Below, piece after piece: positions 1 through 8,862 of a stretch of 64,000 bases of DNA. This stretch comes from Candidatus Velthaea sp. Lineage in GTDB: Bacteria > Vulcanimicrobiota > Vulcanimicrobiia > Vulcanimicrobiales > Vulcanimicrobiaceae. The DNA is taken from positions 96,001-160,000 of the forward strand of contig CBDCCS010000010.1 of the NCBI GenBank assembly GCA_965214935.1, written 5' to 3'. The notes beneath the pieces are model-generated. The model ran no database searches. It was not told the DNA's origin and saw nothing but the letters and a program-made list of their open reading frames with translations. The translations under genes and the position numbers were made by a program. Within the stretch, counting starts at the first letter, position 1; the number at the start of each line of letters is the position of its first letter.

Positions 1-398
1 CCGTTCGCGTAACGTTGCAACGCTTGGTTGAAGATGCTGTTCGCTTCACCGTCGGCAACCGCGAATAACGTCATGCACGAGCGAAATTTGAAATCGTCGG
101 GGTTTCCGAACACCGCGTAAAGTGACGGTGCATTACTTTCGAGCACGAGTGTCGTACACGCGCAAAGCCGTGGGCCGAGAACTGGATCAACAAGGAACGC
201 TTGCGCTTCCTCGAGCGCTGAAAAGCCGAAGAATTGCGCCGTCGCCGACCGGCCCAGCTCGCGAAGCTGCGGAAAAATGTACCACATCCAATGCGTGCGC
301 TTTCGGCTTGCCTGAAGCTCGCATACGACCGTTTCATAGACAGCACTTTGTGCCGTAATAAACCGGTTGAGATCGAATGGATCCGCCTGCGCAGACAT
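1..398 (-). CDS. DUF1810 family protein, runs off the window edge (3' end missing)
   Basis: Not in the ORF track (no stop inside window). Manual translation from ATG 398 (AAAGGAG upstream): MSAQADPFDLNRFITAQ...RKRTHWMWYIFPQL...FGNPDDFKFRSCMTLF, the DUF1810 signature. Confidence 0.9.
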   Translation of the reverse strand, partial: MSAQADPFDLNRFITAQSAVYETVVCELQASRKRTHWMWYIFPQLRELGRSATAQFFGFSALEEAQAFLVDPVLGPRLCACTTLVLESNAPSLYAVFGNPDDFKFRSCMTLFAVADGEANSIFNQALQRYAN

Positions 399-571
399 TC
401 CGGCTCCTTTCTTCGCTTCACGAGCGCTGCTTGTCCTCGAGCCTCGACCGCCGTGGCCGCCCATGCTTGTGCCGCTCGATGCGCCGGTTGCCGGTGCTTA
501 CAACCGTATGCCTCGATTCACCCTGCGCGGGAAATATCCAAGCCGCAAAGCGCGAAACATTGGTGTCAGCT

Positions 572-1348
572 GTGAAAATTGCGACGTTCAACATCAATGG
601 AATAAACGGTCGACTGGCCAATCTGCTCGATTGGCTTGAAACTTCGCGTCCGGACGTTGCATGTCTGCAAGAGATCAAGTGCCGGAATGCGGATTTCCCG
701 CATCGCGCGCTCAATGCCGTCGGCTACCACGGCATCTGTCACGGGCAGGGACCGCACCATGGTGTGGCCGTGCTCGCGCGTGGCGTCGAACCGCTCGAAA
801 CGCGCCGTGGATTGCCGGGAAGTTCGAGCGATCGTGAAGCGCGTTATTTAGAAGCGGCAGTCGACGGAGTGCTCGTCGGTTGCCTGTATCTTCCCAACGG
901 TAACCCACAGCCCGGTCCGAAATTCGATTATAAATTAGCTTGGTTCGAGCGCTTGATCGCGCACGCGGCGGAACTGCAGCAACTCGGCATACCCGCCGTA
1001 CTTGCGGGCGATTACAACGTCGTACCAACCGATGCGGACGTTCGGAGCGTGCGCTCGTGGCAAGATAATGCCTTACTGCACCCTGCCGCCCGGGCTGCCT
1101 ACCGGCGACTTCTCGCGCAATCGTGGACCGACGCTATCCGCGTGTTGCATCCGACCGAACCGATGTATACGTACTGGGACTATCTGCGCAAAAGCTGGGG
1201 CCGTGACTCCGGGATGCGACTCGATCATCTGCTTCTTAGTGCGAGCCTCGCGGACCGGCTGACCGACGCGGGTGTCGACCGCGACGCCCGCGCGAAGGCG
1301 AATGCAAGCGATCATGCTCCGGCGTGGATCAACCTCAGTGCGGGTTGA
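572..1348 (+). CDS. xth: Exodeoxyribonuclease III / AP endonuclease
   Basis: KIATFNING, CLQEIK, YLPNGNP, GDYN, RLDHLL, SDHAP motifs; start moved to GTG 572. Confidence 0.93.
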   Translation: MKIATFNINGINGRLANLLDWLETSRPDVACLQEIKCRNADFPHRALNAVGYHGICHGQGPHHGVAVLARGVEPLETRRGLPGSSSDREARYLEAAVDGVLVGCLYLPNGNPQPGPKFDYKLAWFERLIAHAAELQQLGIPAVLAGDYNVVPTDADVRSVRSWQDNALLHPAARAAYRRLLAQSWTDAIRVLHPTEPMYTYWDYLRKSWGRDSGMRLDHLLLSASLADRLTDAGVDRDARAKANASDHAPAWINLSAG

Positions 1349-1356
1349 TTACGCGC

Positions 1357-2253
1357 CTAGACCTTGACCGTAGAAGCTTGAAAGATTTCGTCGATTGCTT
1401 TGCCGAGCGAGGCGTCGAACTCGGCGTCGCTCATCGATGACTTTAAATCATCGACCAGAGCACGCGAAAAGCTCGCGATCATTCCATGATTGCGAGCCAG
1501 ACGCGCGCAAGCATCCGCTCGCGAATAACCGCCCGATAACGCGACGACGCGCTCGACGCGCTCGTCGGCGATCAGCGGCGCATACAGATCGGGGACATCG
1601 GGTATCGTGAGCTTCAACATGACGCGGCCGCCGGTCGGCAACGTATCGAGCCCTTTGGTAATCTCGCTAAGTAATATCGATTCCGCGGCCGGCTTGTCGG
1701 GGCTTTTAATTGATACCTCCGGTTCCAAAATCGGCATCAATCCGTGCGCTGCAATCTGCGCGCCGATCTCAAATTGTTGCTTGACGATCGCGGCGATTCC
1801 GGTCGGATTGGCCCGAGCGATCGTCGAGCGCATCTTCGTGCCGTACACCCCTAATCGAACCGCCCGCGCGAGCAAGTCATCCAAGCCGCTGATCGGCTTC
1901 ATGAGGCTTACGCCGTCGGTCTCGAGCTGCAATCCTTGATCGACTTTGAGAAACGGCACGACGCTGCGATCCTCCCACAAAAACGCCGGAACCGGTTTGC
2001 TCTCGACTTGACCGTCCATGGTGCGCTCGAAGAGAATCGCTGCAATGACTTTGTCGCCGCTAAACGCCGGCGCCGTCATGATGCGCACGCGCATTTCGTG
2101 CATGAGCTTGAACATCTCGGCATCGCCGTCGTACGCATTCTCCGGAATTCCGTAAAGCCGCAACGCTCCGGGCGTTGAGCCGCCGCTTTGATCGAGGGCG
2201 GCAAGAAAGCCGGGTTTTCCGGCGATTTGTTCGCTCATCGCGACACTTGACAC
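1357..2253 (-). CDS. fda: Fructose-bisphosphate aldolase class I (short bacterial type)
   Basis: GFLAALDQSGGSTP, ILFERTM, VPFLKVD, GTKMRS, VVALSGGY, ASFSRAL; GGAGG RBS before GTG 2253. Confidence 0.9.
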   Translation of the reverse strand: MSSVAMSEQIAGKPGFLAALDQSGGSTPGALRLYGIPENAYDGDAEMFKLMHEMRVRIMTAPAFSGDKVIAAILFERTMDGQVESKPVPAFLWEDRSVVPFLKVDQGLQLETDGVSLMKPISGLDDLLARAVRLGVYGTKMRSTIARANPTGIAAIVKQQFEIGAQIAAHGLMPILEPEVSIKSPDKPAAESILLSEITKGLDTLPTGGRVMLKLTIPDVPDLYAPLIADERVERVVALSGGYSRADACARLARNHGMIASFSRALVDDLKSSMSDAEFDASLGKAIDEIFQASTVKV

Positions 2254-2489
2254 GATACACACCTCCACGAGATACGGTCGTTGAACACGTCGACGGATGT
2301 TACGTTCGCCGTAGCGTTCGCCCGCGGCCGACAGCTGCAATGCGGGTGAACCAACGCGTAACAACTTGGCCGCAACGTATCGCATCGGCCTGCCTCGTTT
2401 GCAGCGCATCAATTCTTTTTCGCTGCCGGCGTTGCGCACATCCACGCGTACGATCGCGCGAACTCGCGTAACAGCCGGGCGACAAAGTT

Positions 2490-2804
2490 CTAGCGTAGCG
2501 GGCTGAAGTCAGTCGGCACCAGAATGCAATTGCTTTGCGTTTGAAATAGCGGCAGTGCGGTCTTGAGATAATCCTGCCAGCCCGGCGCCGACATGAGCGT
2601 CCTACGACGTTGCTCGCGGTCCGCCATGTCGACGTACTTCCACCAAAAAACCACTTGATGCAACGTTCCCACGTCGGTTGTAAAGACGCCGACCGGCGCG
2701 CCGAGAATCGGCCATTGAATCGGTGCACCAACGGCTGTATAGACGTTCATGAAATCGCCGACTTTGCCGGGATAGCAGCTATACGTTCGCGCATCAATGA
2801 TCAC
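2490..2804 (-). CDS. NIPSNAP family protein
   Basis: 104 aa; RTY..PGK, GVFTTDVGTLHQVVFWWKY, ILVPTDFSPLR C-terminus. Confidence 0.88.
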   Translation of the reverse strand: MIIDARTYSCYPGKVGDFMNVYTAVGAPIQWPILGAPVGVFTTDVGTLHQVVFWWKYVDMADREQRRRTLMSAPGWQDYLKTALPLFQTQSNCILVPTDFSPLR

Positions 2805-2828
2805 GATTGCGGCTCCGTATGCGCAGAG

Positions 2829-3779
2829 CTAATTCGTGGGAACGGGCTCGCGCGCCGCACTGCTTCGCGCCTCGACCCGAGCACCGCCGTTCGCCTCCGC
2901 CGGCTGTCCGATGCCGCTGAGTTGTTCGACGATCGTGTAGATAATTGCTGAATCCAACTCTCCCTTGTGCTGTGCTTTGGCAGCGCGCAGCACCTCGAGC
3001 GCCACCGATGCAACCGGCGTTGCCGCACCGACGGCGTTTGCCAGCGCTACCGCCGTCGACAGATCTTTGTGCATGTTATTGGTCGAAAAGTGCGGCGCAA
3101 AATCATGATCGATCATACGCTGGCCGCGAGTCTCCATCGCCCCCGTCCGCGCACCACCGACGCTCGTAATCTCGCGAAGACAGTTCGGATCGATACCGGC
3201 TTTGCGCGCTAGAACAAGAGCCTCGGCAACGGCTTGAATGGCCACGCCGAGGATGAGGTTATTTACGAGCTTGAGCGTCGAGCCCGTTCCGGAAGGTCCG
3301 GCGTGTACGATGACCGTTGAAAGCTTCTCAAGCAGCGGACGCACCGCTTCGACCGTGTCGGCGTCGCCGCCGATCATGATCCCGAGCTTTGCGGCTGCGG
3401 CAACCTTCGGATTGCCGGTAACCGGGGCGTCGAGAAAACGTACGCCGCGCTCGGTCGCGCGAGCAGCGAACGAACGTGAACTCTCCGGCGGGATCGAACT
3501 CATGTCGATCACGATCGAACCGGGTTTTGCCGATGCGAGGATGCCGTCGGAACCGCAGATGACTGCTTCCGCCGCAGCCGCATCGGTGACCATCGTCATG
3601 ATGACGTCCGCGTGCAAAGCGAGTTCGCGAATCGAAGCGGCCCACGATGCGCCGGCCGCTAACAGCGGCTCGGCCTTTTCTTTCGTGCGATTCCAAACCG
3701 CAACGTCGTAGCCGGCCTTCAACAGATTAACTGTAATCTGCGTTCCCATGAGGCCCAACCCGACAAAGCCAACGCGCAT
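2829..3779 (-). CDS. NAD(P)-dependent beta-hydroxyacid dehydrogenase (3-hydroxyisobutyrate/tartronate semialdehyde/L-threonate DH family)
   Basis: GFVGLGLMG, VWNRT, FLDAPVTG, LKLVNN, KDL; start ATG 3779. Confidence 0.9.
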   Translation of the reverse strand: MRVGFVGLGLMGTQITVNLLKAGYDVAVWNRTKEKAEPLLAAGASWAASIRELALHADVIMTMVTDAAAAEAVICGSDGILASAKPGSIVIDMSSIPPESSRSFAARATERGVRFLDAPVTGNPKVAAAAKLGIMIGGDADTVEAVRPLLEKLSTVIVHAGPSGTGSTLKLVNNLILGVAIQAVAEALVLARKAGIDPNCLREITSVGGARTGAMETRGQRMIDHDFAPHFSTNNMHKDLSTAVALANAVGAATPVASVALEVLRAAKAQHKGELDSAIIYTIVEQLSGIGQPAEANGGARVEARSSAAREPVPTN

Positions 3780-3810
3780 AATCGTTTCCTTTTCTGACTC
3801 GCCGTCGTAG

Positions 3811-4452
3811 TTACCACGTCGTTCCGAAGGCGGTTCGCAATTCGTCGAGCGCCGGCTCAGCAAGCGCTGCCGGCTTCGGATCCGAGCGCAGCCAAAGCTT
3901 GGCGGTCTCCTCGAGTTCTTCAAGCGCACATGCCGCAGCGAGCGGCGTTTCGCCCCACACGACGGGACCGAGCCGTTCGAGCAGCACCGCCCGCACGTGC
4001 TTGGGCAAAGCGCGGATGTGCTCGGCGACCTGCGGATCGCCCGGCCGATAATAGCGCACGAGCGGAACGTGACCGAGCTTCATAACGAAATACGGTGTGA
4101 TCGGCGGCAATACGTCGGTTTCGCGCCAGACACCCGTCAATGTCAGTTGTACGAGACTGGTTGAATGCGTGTGAACGACGGCTCCGATGCCCGGATCTGT
4201 AGCGTATATCGCTCGATGCAAGTGCAACGTCTTTGACGGTTTGTTGCCGGAAAGCCGGCTGCCGTCGAGGCCGACTTTTGCAAGCATCGCCGGCTCGAGG
4301 TAACCGAAGCACGCATCCGTCGGGGTGATAAGCCAGCCATCCGGCAGACGCGCGCTGATGTTACCGGACGTACCCACGGTATAACCGCGTTGAAATAAGC
4401 TGATGCCGACGCGGCAAATTTCGGTACGCAACGCGTCCTCGTCATCAGGCAT
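3811..4452 (-). CDS. otnC: 3-oxo-tetronate 4-phosphate decarboxylase-like class II aldolase
   Basis: GNISARL, ITPTDAC, PSKTLHLH, VVHTHS, PPITPYFVMK, EELEETAKLW; adjacent to otnK. Confidence 0.82.
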   Translation of the reverse strand: MPDDEDALRTEICRVGISLFQRGYTVGTSGNISARLPDGWLITPTDACFGYLEPAMLAKVGLDGSRLSGNKPSKTLHLHRAIYATDPGIGAVVHTHSTSLVQLTLTGVWRETDVLPPITPYFVMKLGHVPLVRYYRPGDPQVAEHIRALPKHVRAVLLERLGPVVWGETPLAAACALEELEETAKLWLRSDPKPAALAEPALDELRTAFGTTW

Positions 4453-5743
4453 GTGCGGCGGTCTCGTGGAACGCCAACGCCTTCGAGAAAAAATCGAGCG
4501 ATCCGAAATTCCCCGATTTGAGCGCAAGCGCGATCGGGTCGGGACCCGGCGTCATCGTCCATGGAACGCCGGGATCGATTTGCTCCCCGATTCGAAGCGC
4601 CGTGACGTTCAAGGCTTGGACGACCGCACCGGACGTTTCCCCGCCCGCGATGACGAAGCGCCGGACGCCTCGCGCATGCAGAGCCCGCGCAATCTCCGCT
4701 AGGGCCGACTCGACGAGTGCTCCGGCTGCAGCAGCGCCCAATGCTGCTTGAACGGCCTGCACCTGTGTCGGGGCGGTCCCGGCATAGATGAGCACCGGTT
4801 CGCCGGCGTGCGTTTCGTGAGCAAACGTAAGGGCGGCGTCGACGACCTGTGCCATTCCGTCCGCCCCAGCGGCTAATTTAAACGGATCGACATAAAAGGC
4901 CGGCCGGTCCGAACGCCAGCGGTCGATTTGGGCAAGTGTTGCTTGCGAACAGCTGCCGGCCAGAATGACGGCTCGTTCCCCGGCCGGCGACTCAACGTCA
5001 GCTCGAGCGGTCGTTTCAATCGTACGCGCGTCGCATAACGCCCGTGCCACACCGCGGCCGAGCCCCGAACCACCGGTCGCGAGCCGCAGATCGATGGCAA
5101 CTTGCCCTAAGACGTCGAGATCGCCATCGGAGATCGCATCTGCGACGGCGATGCTATCGCCCGCGGCATGTAGCGCTTGCAATGCGTCGCGACACGCATC
5201 GTAACCGCGTGTAACGTCCGCATACCGGAGCAGCCCGACGCGTGCGCTGGACTGCCGTTGTAACACGCGAACGAGATTCGCATCCCGCATCGGCGTCAGT
5301 GGATGCAGTTCCATACCCGATTCACTAAGCAGCCGGTCGCCGACGAATAGATGGCCGCGGAATACCGTTCGTCCGGTTTCCGGAAACGCGGGGCACGCAA
5401 GTGTCAGCGGAGTCCCCAGCGCGCGCATGAGCGCATCGGTGACCGGCCCGATATTACCCGCGTCGGTTGAATCAAACGTCGAGCAATACTTAAAATAGTA
5501 CTGCGAGCAGCCTTGTTCGCGCAGCCAGCGCAACGCTTCAAGCGACTGCTCGACGGCATCCGCTGCAGGGACGGTTCTCGTCTTAAGCGATACGATCACG
5601 GCAGCGACCGGCTCGCCAAGAGCCGTCGCCGGCACACCGATCGTCTGGATCGTGCGAATACCTTGACGCACGAACGTGTTTCCCAAATCCGTTGCGCCGG
5701 TGAAATCATCGGCGATACAGCCCAGTACCGGCGAATCGCTCAT
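4445..5743 (-). CDS. otnK: 3-oxo-tetronate kinase (DUF1537 four-carbon acid-sugar kinase)
   Basis: GCIADDFTGATD, KYCSTFDST, GSCSQAT, AGGETSG, LKSGNFG; start ATG 5743. Confidence 0.88.
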   Translation of the reverse strand: MSDSPVLGCIADDFTGATDLGNTFVRQGIRTIQTIGVPATALGEPVAAVIVSLKTRTVPAADAVEQSLEALRWLREQGCSQYYFKYCSTFDSTDAGNIGPVTDALMRALGTPLTLACPAFPETGRTVFRGHLFVGDRLLSESGMELHPLTPMRDANLVRVLQRQSSARVGLLRYADVTRGYDACRDALQALHAAGDSIAVADAISDGDLDVLGQVAIDLRLATGGSGLGRGVARALCDARTIETTARADVESPAGERAVILAGSCSQATLAQIDRWRSDRPAFYVDPFKLAAGADGMAQVVDAALTFAHETHAGEPVLIYAGTAPTQVQAVQAALGAAAAGALVESALAEIARALHARGVRRFVIAGGETSGAVVQALNVTALRIGEQIDPGVPWTMTPGPDPIALALKSGNFGSLDFFSKALAFHETAAHA

Positions 5744-5783
5744 CGGATCGTTACGGGCATGTAAGCGCGGCACAACGAATTCG

Positions 5784-5834
5784 GAGCGGCCGCAATTGCG
5801 AGCCGCTCTAAACCGTCGTGCAATCGTCGGTTTT
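5784..5834 (-). terminator. Tandem hairpins downstream of amidohydrolase (terminator or mRNA-stability element)
   Basis: GAGCGGC-CGCAATTGCG-A-GCCGCTC and AAACCG...CGGTTT stems; no clear U-tract on the minus strand. Confidence 0.35.
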
Positions 5835-5846
5835 CGGCGCCGAGAA

Positions 5847-7301
5847 TTAGTTGACGCCGGGCAAAACCGGAACCGGCTCGTCGACGTGCAGAACGGTGCT
5901 CGTCTCGACATTGCCGTTCTCGCCGTTGCTTGCATGTCCGTTAGCGTTTTGCACGGCTCCGCGATGAGCGTTACCAGACGTAACGCCGGCGGTGTGACCG
6001 TTGCTGCTTTGCGCGACCGCGGCGACCGGTTCGGCGAACGAGATCTGTCCGCTGAACGGCTTGTAAAAGACGCCGTCTTTCATAATCGCCAAGAAGCTGT
6101 TGCGGTCTTGCAACAGGCTCAAATCGAGCAACGGATTACCGTCGACGAGCAGAATGTCGGCCAAGTAGCCCGGCGCAATGCGGCCGATCTTCTCACCCGA
6201 TTTGCCGGCCCACGCAATGCCGCCGTAGGCGGTTGCCGCACGCAGCGATTCCCACGGCTCGAAGCCCAGCAGATTCACGAAGTGCTCGAGATCGCGTGCT
6301 TCGGTGCCGTGCGGTAACCACGCAAAGCCGTAATCGCCGAACGGCAGCACGTAAATACCGGCAGCATGCATCTTTTTCATCGTGATGATGCCTTGCTCGA
6401 GTTCGTTCTTATTTCCGATCATTTCCGCGATATCGGTCGTTATGCCGAAGTCTTTGGCTTCATACGTCGTGTTGTAACGGGCGGCCAAACCCGGTACCAC
6501 GTAATGTTTATCTTTGACTTTGGCGAGTTCGGCGATCGTTTCGTCGGTTGCGAAGCTTGCATGATAGATGAATTCAACACCGTGTTTCATGCATTGGCGT
6601 ACCGAACTATCAGCGTGCGCATGCGCTGCGAGCCGCTTGCCGATGTTGTTTGCCGTATCGCAGATGGCGGCGCACTCTTCGTCGGTCATCGGGTTGTCGT
6701 AGGCCGACATCTTCGGATAGCAAAAACTATCACCCGAGTTGTTGAACTTGATGAGATCGACGCCTTCGCGGATCAACATGCGCACGGTTTTGCGAAACTC
6801 GTGCGGCCCGTCGCAAATAATCGAGACAGAGGGGTGCTTTTGATCGAGCTGGTCGTCGTCGGCTAAACCACCCGTCACGGTGAGTTCGGGCGACCCCGCC
6901 AGCAGCCGCGGACCGGGTATTTTGCCGGCATTGATTTCATTGCGAATGACGATATCCAAGCGCGGCTTGGCAGCGGCGGCACCGACCGCTGCCGTGAAGC
7001 CCATATCGAGCATCCGCTTTGCGTTGTGCATCGAAACGAGCACGTGCTCTTCGATCGGAAGCGCCGTAAGCTCCGGCAACGTCGTGCCGTTGATGTACGT
7101 CAGATGGCAATGCGTGTTGATCATGCCGGGCATCAGCGTACTGCCGCCGGCATCGACGACTTCAACGCCTTCGCGCGATAATTGTTCGCTTGGACCGGCG
7201 ACGGTCTCGATCCGGTTTCCGTCGACTAAGACCTCGCCCGGCACGAGCTCTTTGCCGGTTCCCTCGAAAATCATGACGTTTGTAAACAGAATTTTCGACA
7301 T
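5847..7301 (-). CDS. Metal-dependent amidohydrolase (Xaa-Pro dipeptidase-like TIM barrel) with C-terminal low-complexity tail
   Basis: MPGMINTHCHL, DLIK, AHAH, YHAS, GRIAPGYLADILLVDGNP. Confidence 0.88.
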   Translation of the reverse strand: MSKILFTNVMIFEGTGKELVPGEVLVDGNRIETVAGPSEQLSREGVEVVDAGGSTLMPGMINTHCHLTYINGTTLPELTALPIEEHVLVSMHNAKRMLDMGFTAAVGAAAAKPRLDIVIRNEINAGKIPGPRLLAGSPELTVTGGLADDDQLDQKHPSVSIICDGPHEFRKTVRMLIREGVDLIKFNNSGDSFCYPKMSAYDNPMTDEECAAICDTANNIGKRLAAHAHADSSVRQCMKHGVEFIYHASFATDETIAELAKVKDKHYVVPGLAARYNTTYEAKDFGITTDIAEMIGNKNELEQGIITMKKMHAAGIYVLPFGDYGFAWLPHGTEARDLEHFVNLLGFEPWESLRAATAYGGIAWAGKSGEKIGRIAPGYLADILLVDGNPLLDLSLLQDRNSFLAIMKDGVFYKPFSGQISFAEPVAAVAQSSNGHTAGVTSGNAHRGAVQNANGHASNGENGNVETSTVLHVDEPVPVLPGVN

Positions 7302-7337
7302 CGCGTTCCCTTTCGTTGCGGTGCTGATCTCGGAGTT

Positions 7338-7694
7338 TTAAGCGTGTTGCATACTGACGCGATCGGAGACTCGCTCGCGCAGCGAGGATGGTAATGCATC
7401 GACCGGAACGTTACCGTCGGCACTCTCGGCGTATGCGGATGCAGCGAGCAATAACGCCGACGCATCGTCTTCAGTGAGTCCGCTAAAGCGGATGAGCGTC
7501 TTGCCCGGCGCACGCAATGCAGCCGCACACGGATGCGGACAACTGTTGAGGCACTCGACGGCACGTATGGTCGTGACGCCGTTTCGGCTTTGCCGGCGAA
7601 TCGCATTGGCCAAACGCTCGCCCGGAGTCGGCTTGGCCGCCGAACGCGCGGCGTTCCGATCGCAGGTGATGCAAACGAAGATCTTACCGCTCAT
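7338..7694 (-). CDS. DUF1636 family Cys-rich thioredoxin-like metal-binding protein
   Basis: IFVCITC, VECLNSCPHPC, APGK, YAESADG pattern. Confidence 0.8.
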   Translation of the reverse strand: MSGKIFVCITCDRNAARSAAKPTPGERLANAIRRQSRNGVTTIRAVECLNSCPHPCAAALRAPGKTLIRFSGLTEDDASALLLAASAYAESADGNVPVDALPSSLRERVSDRVSMQHA

Positions 7695-8491
7695 ACCGCC
7701 GACCGTTGCCGCTGCCGCGCGTAAAAAACGGTTAGCGCGTAATTAAGCTGCTTGGCCCGTTCAACCGGCGCCCAGTGGCCGCACCCGGCAAGAACTTGGA
7801 ATTCGGCGCCTTTGATGGCGCTGGCCAGCGCTCGGCCGACGTCCGGCGGGGCCGTTCGATCTTCATCGCCGGTCACGAGCAGCGTCGGGCACGCGATCCG
7901 CGCGAGATCCGCGCTGTGCGCATCGGCGACAACCTCGCAATTGCGGGCATAGCCTTCGGGCGATTGCCCCATCACGCTTTCGCGTACGAACGCGGCGATC
8001 GCCGGTCCGTTGGACTTCGTATCTGCACTCGTACCGGCAGCGACGGTCGCATCGGCGATCGCGCGCAAACCTTCACTGCGAGCTTTTGCCGCGCGGTCGC
8101 GCAGCGCACTGCGCGCCGCCGGCGGCGGCTGAGGAAAGGCACCGACGAGCGCGAGACTTGCAACGAGCTCGGGAAAGCGAGCGGTAAAATGCTGGCAAAT
8201 AATCGTGCCGAGCGAGTGGCCGGCTAAGTGAACCGGGCCGCCGGCGGCGGCTTGCTTCACGATCTCGAACAGATCGTCAACATGAGTGGCAAGCGTAATT
8301 TCTTGCCGAACCGGATTGCGCCCGGAACCGGCAAGGTCGTAAGCCGTGACGCGCAGATCGCGGGCGAGTATCTGAGTTTGCGGATACCACGTATTCGTAC
8401 TGCCGCCGAGGCCGTGCACCATTACGAGAACATCGCCTTTGGTGCCGAAACTCTCGGTGAATAGTCCCGATGCAGTTGCCGCCTCAGCCAT
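7691..8491 (-). CDS. Alpha/beta-fold hydrolase (enol-lactonase-like)
   Basis: VHGLGGS, GHSLG nucleophile elbow, GDED, GHW. Confidence 0.88.
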   Translation of the reverse strand: MAEAATASGLFTESFGTKGDVLVMVHGLGGSTNTWYPQTQILARDLRVTAYDLAGSGRNPVRQEITLATHVDDLFEIVKQAAAGGPVHLAGHSLGTIICQHFTARFPELVASLALVGAFPQPPPAARSALRDRAAKARSEGLRAIADATVAAGTSADTKSNGPAIAAFVRESVMGQSPEGYARNCEVVADAHSADLARIACPTLLVTGDEDRTAPPDVGRALASAIKGAEFQVLAGCGHWAPVERAKQLNYALTVFYARQRQRSAV

Positions 8492-8596
8492 CCTCGACGC
8501 TCCCTTAGTTAGTGCTAACACAGGGCGCCGAGATCCGCCGTCCCGCTACCGGCAGCCGCGGTTTGCGATGCTGCCGAAGTCTGCTCGTTCCGTTCG

Positions 8597-8625
8597 ATTA
8601 TCGAGAACCGTCTGCCGGTTGTCAA
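8597..8625 (-). promoter_or_regulatory. Sigma70-type promoter of the otn-containing operon with overlapping inverted repeat
   Basis: Minus strand TTGACA-N17-GATAAT; AACCG-N5-CGGTT (8606-8620) lies in the spacer. Confidence 0.6.
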
Positions 8626-8862
8626 TAACGCTCGAGCAATCTTTTTTCGCGCACGGTCATTCCTGCGCGGCGGTTGTACGCTCGTGCACTCTCCGGTTAA
8701 TCTTAGGGCGGCTGACCGCGCAGTAAATTACCGCATGTCGTTACACGCTGCGCGTTACTGATCCGTTCGGACGACGAGTGTGCAAAACGCTTTGCCGGCG
8801 CCGAACGATCGTTTAATTCGAGACGGTCGCCATGTACGGGCACGACGCACGAGCGCACGCGT

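Noticed and set aside
377..571. Long N-terminal extensions given by the ORF track (xth; also otnK, otnC, mrpE, mrpB, VOC, 58992 ORF)
   Set aside because: Recognisable homology and RBS begin at later starts; the extensions overlap neighbouring genes or promoters.
8508..8519. TTAGCACT resembling a CIRCE half-site near Hsp70 genes
   Set aside because: No second half-site at N9 spacing, and it lies downstream of the Hsp70 operon.
8802..8815. CGAAC-GATC-GTTTA, a LexA-like site
   Set aside because: Imperfect right half, about 180 bp from the predicted promoter, and no repair gene downstream.
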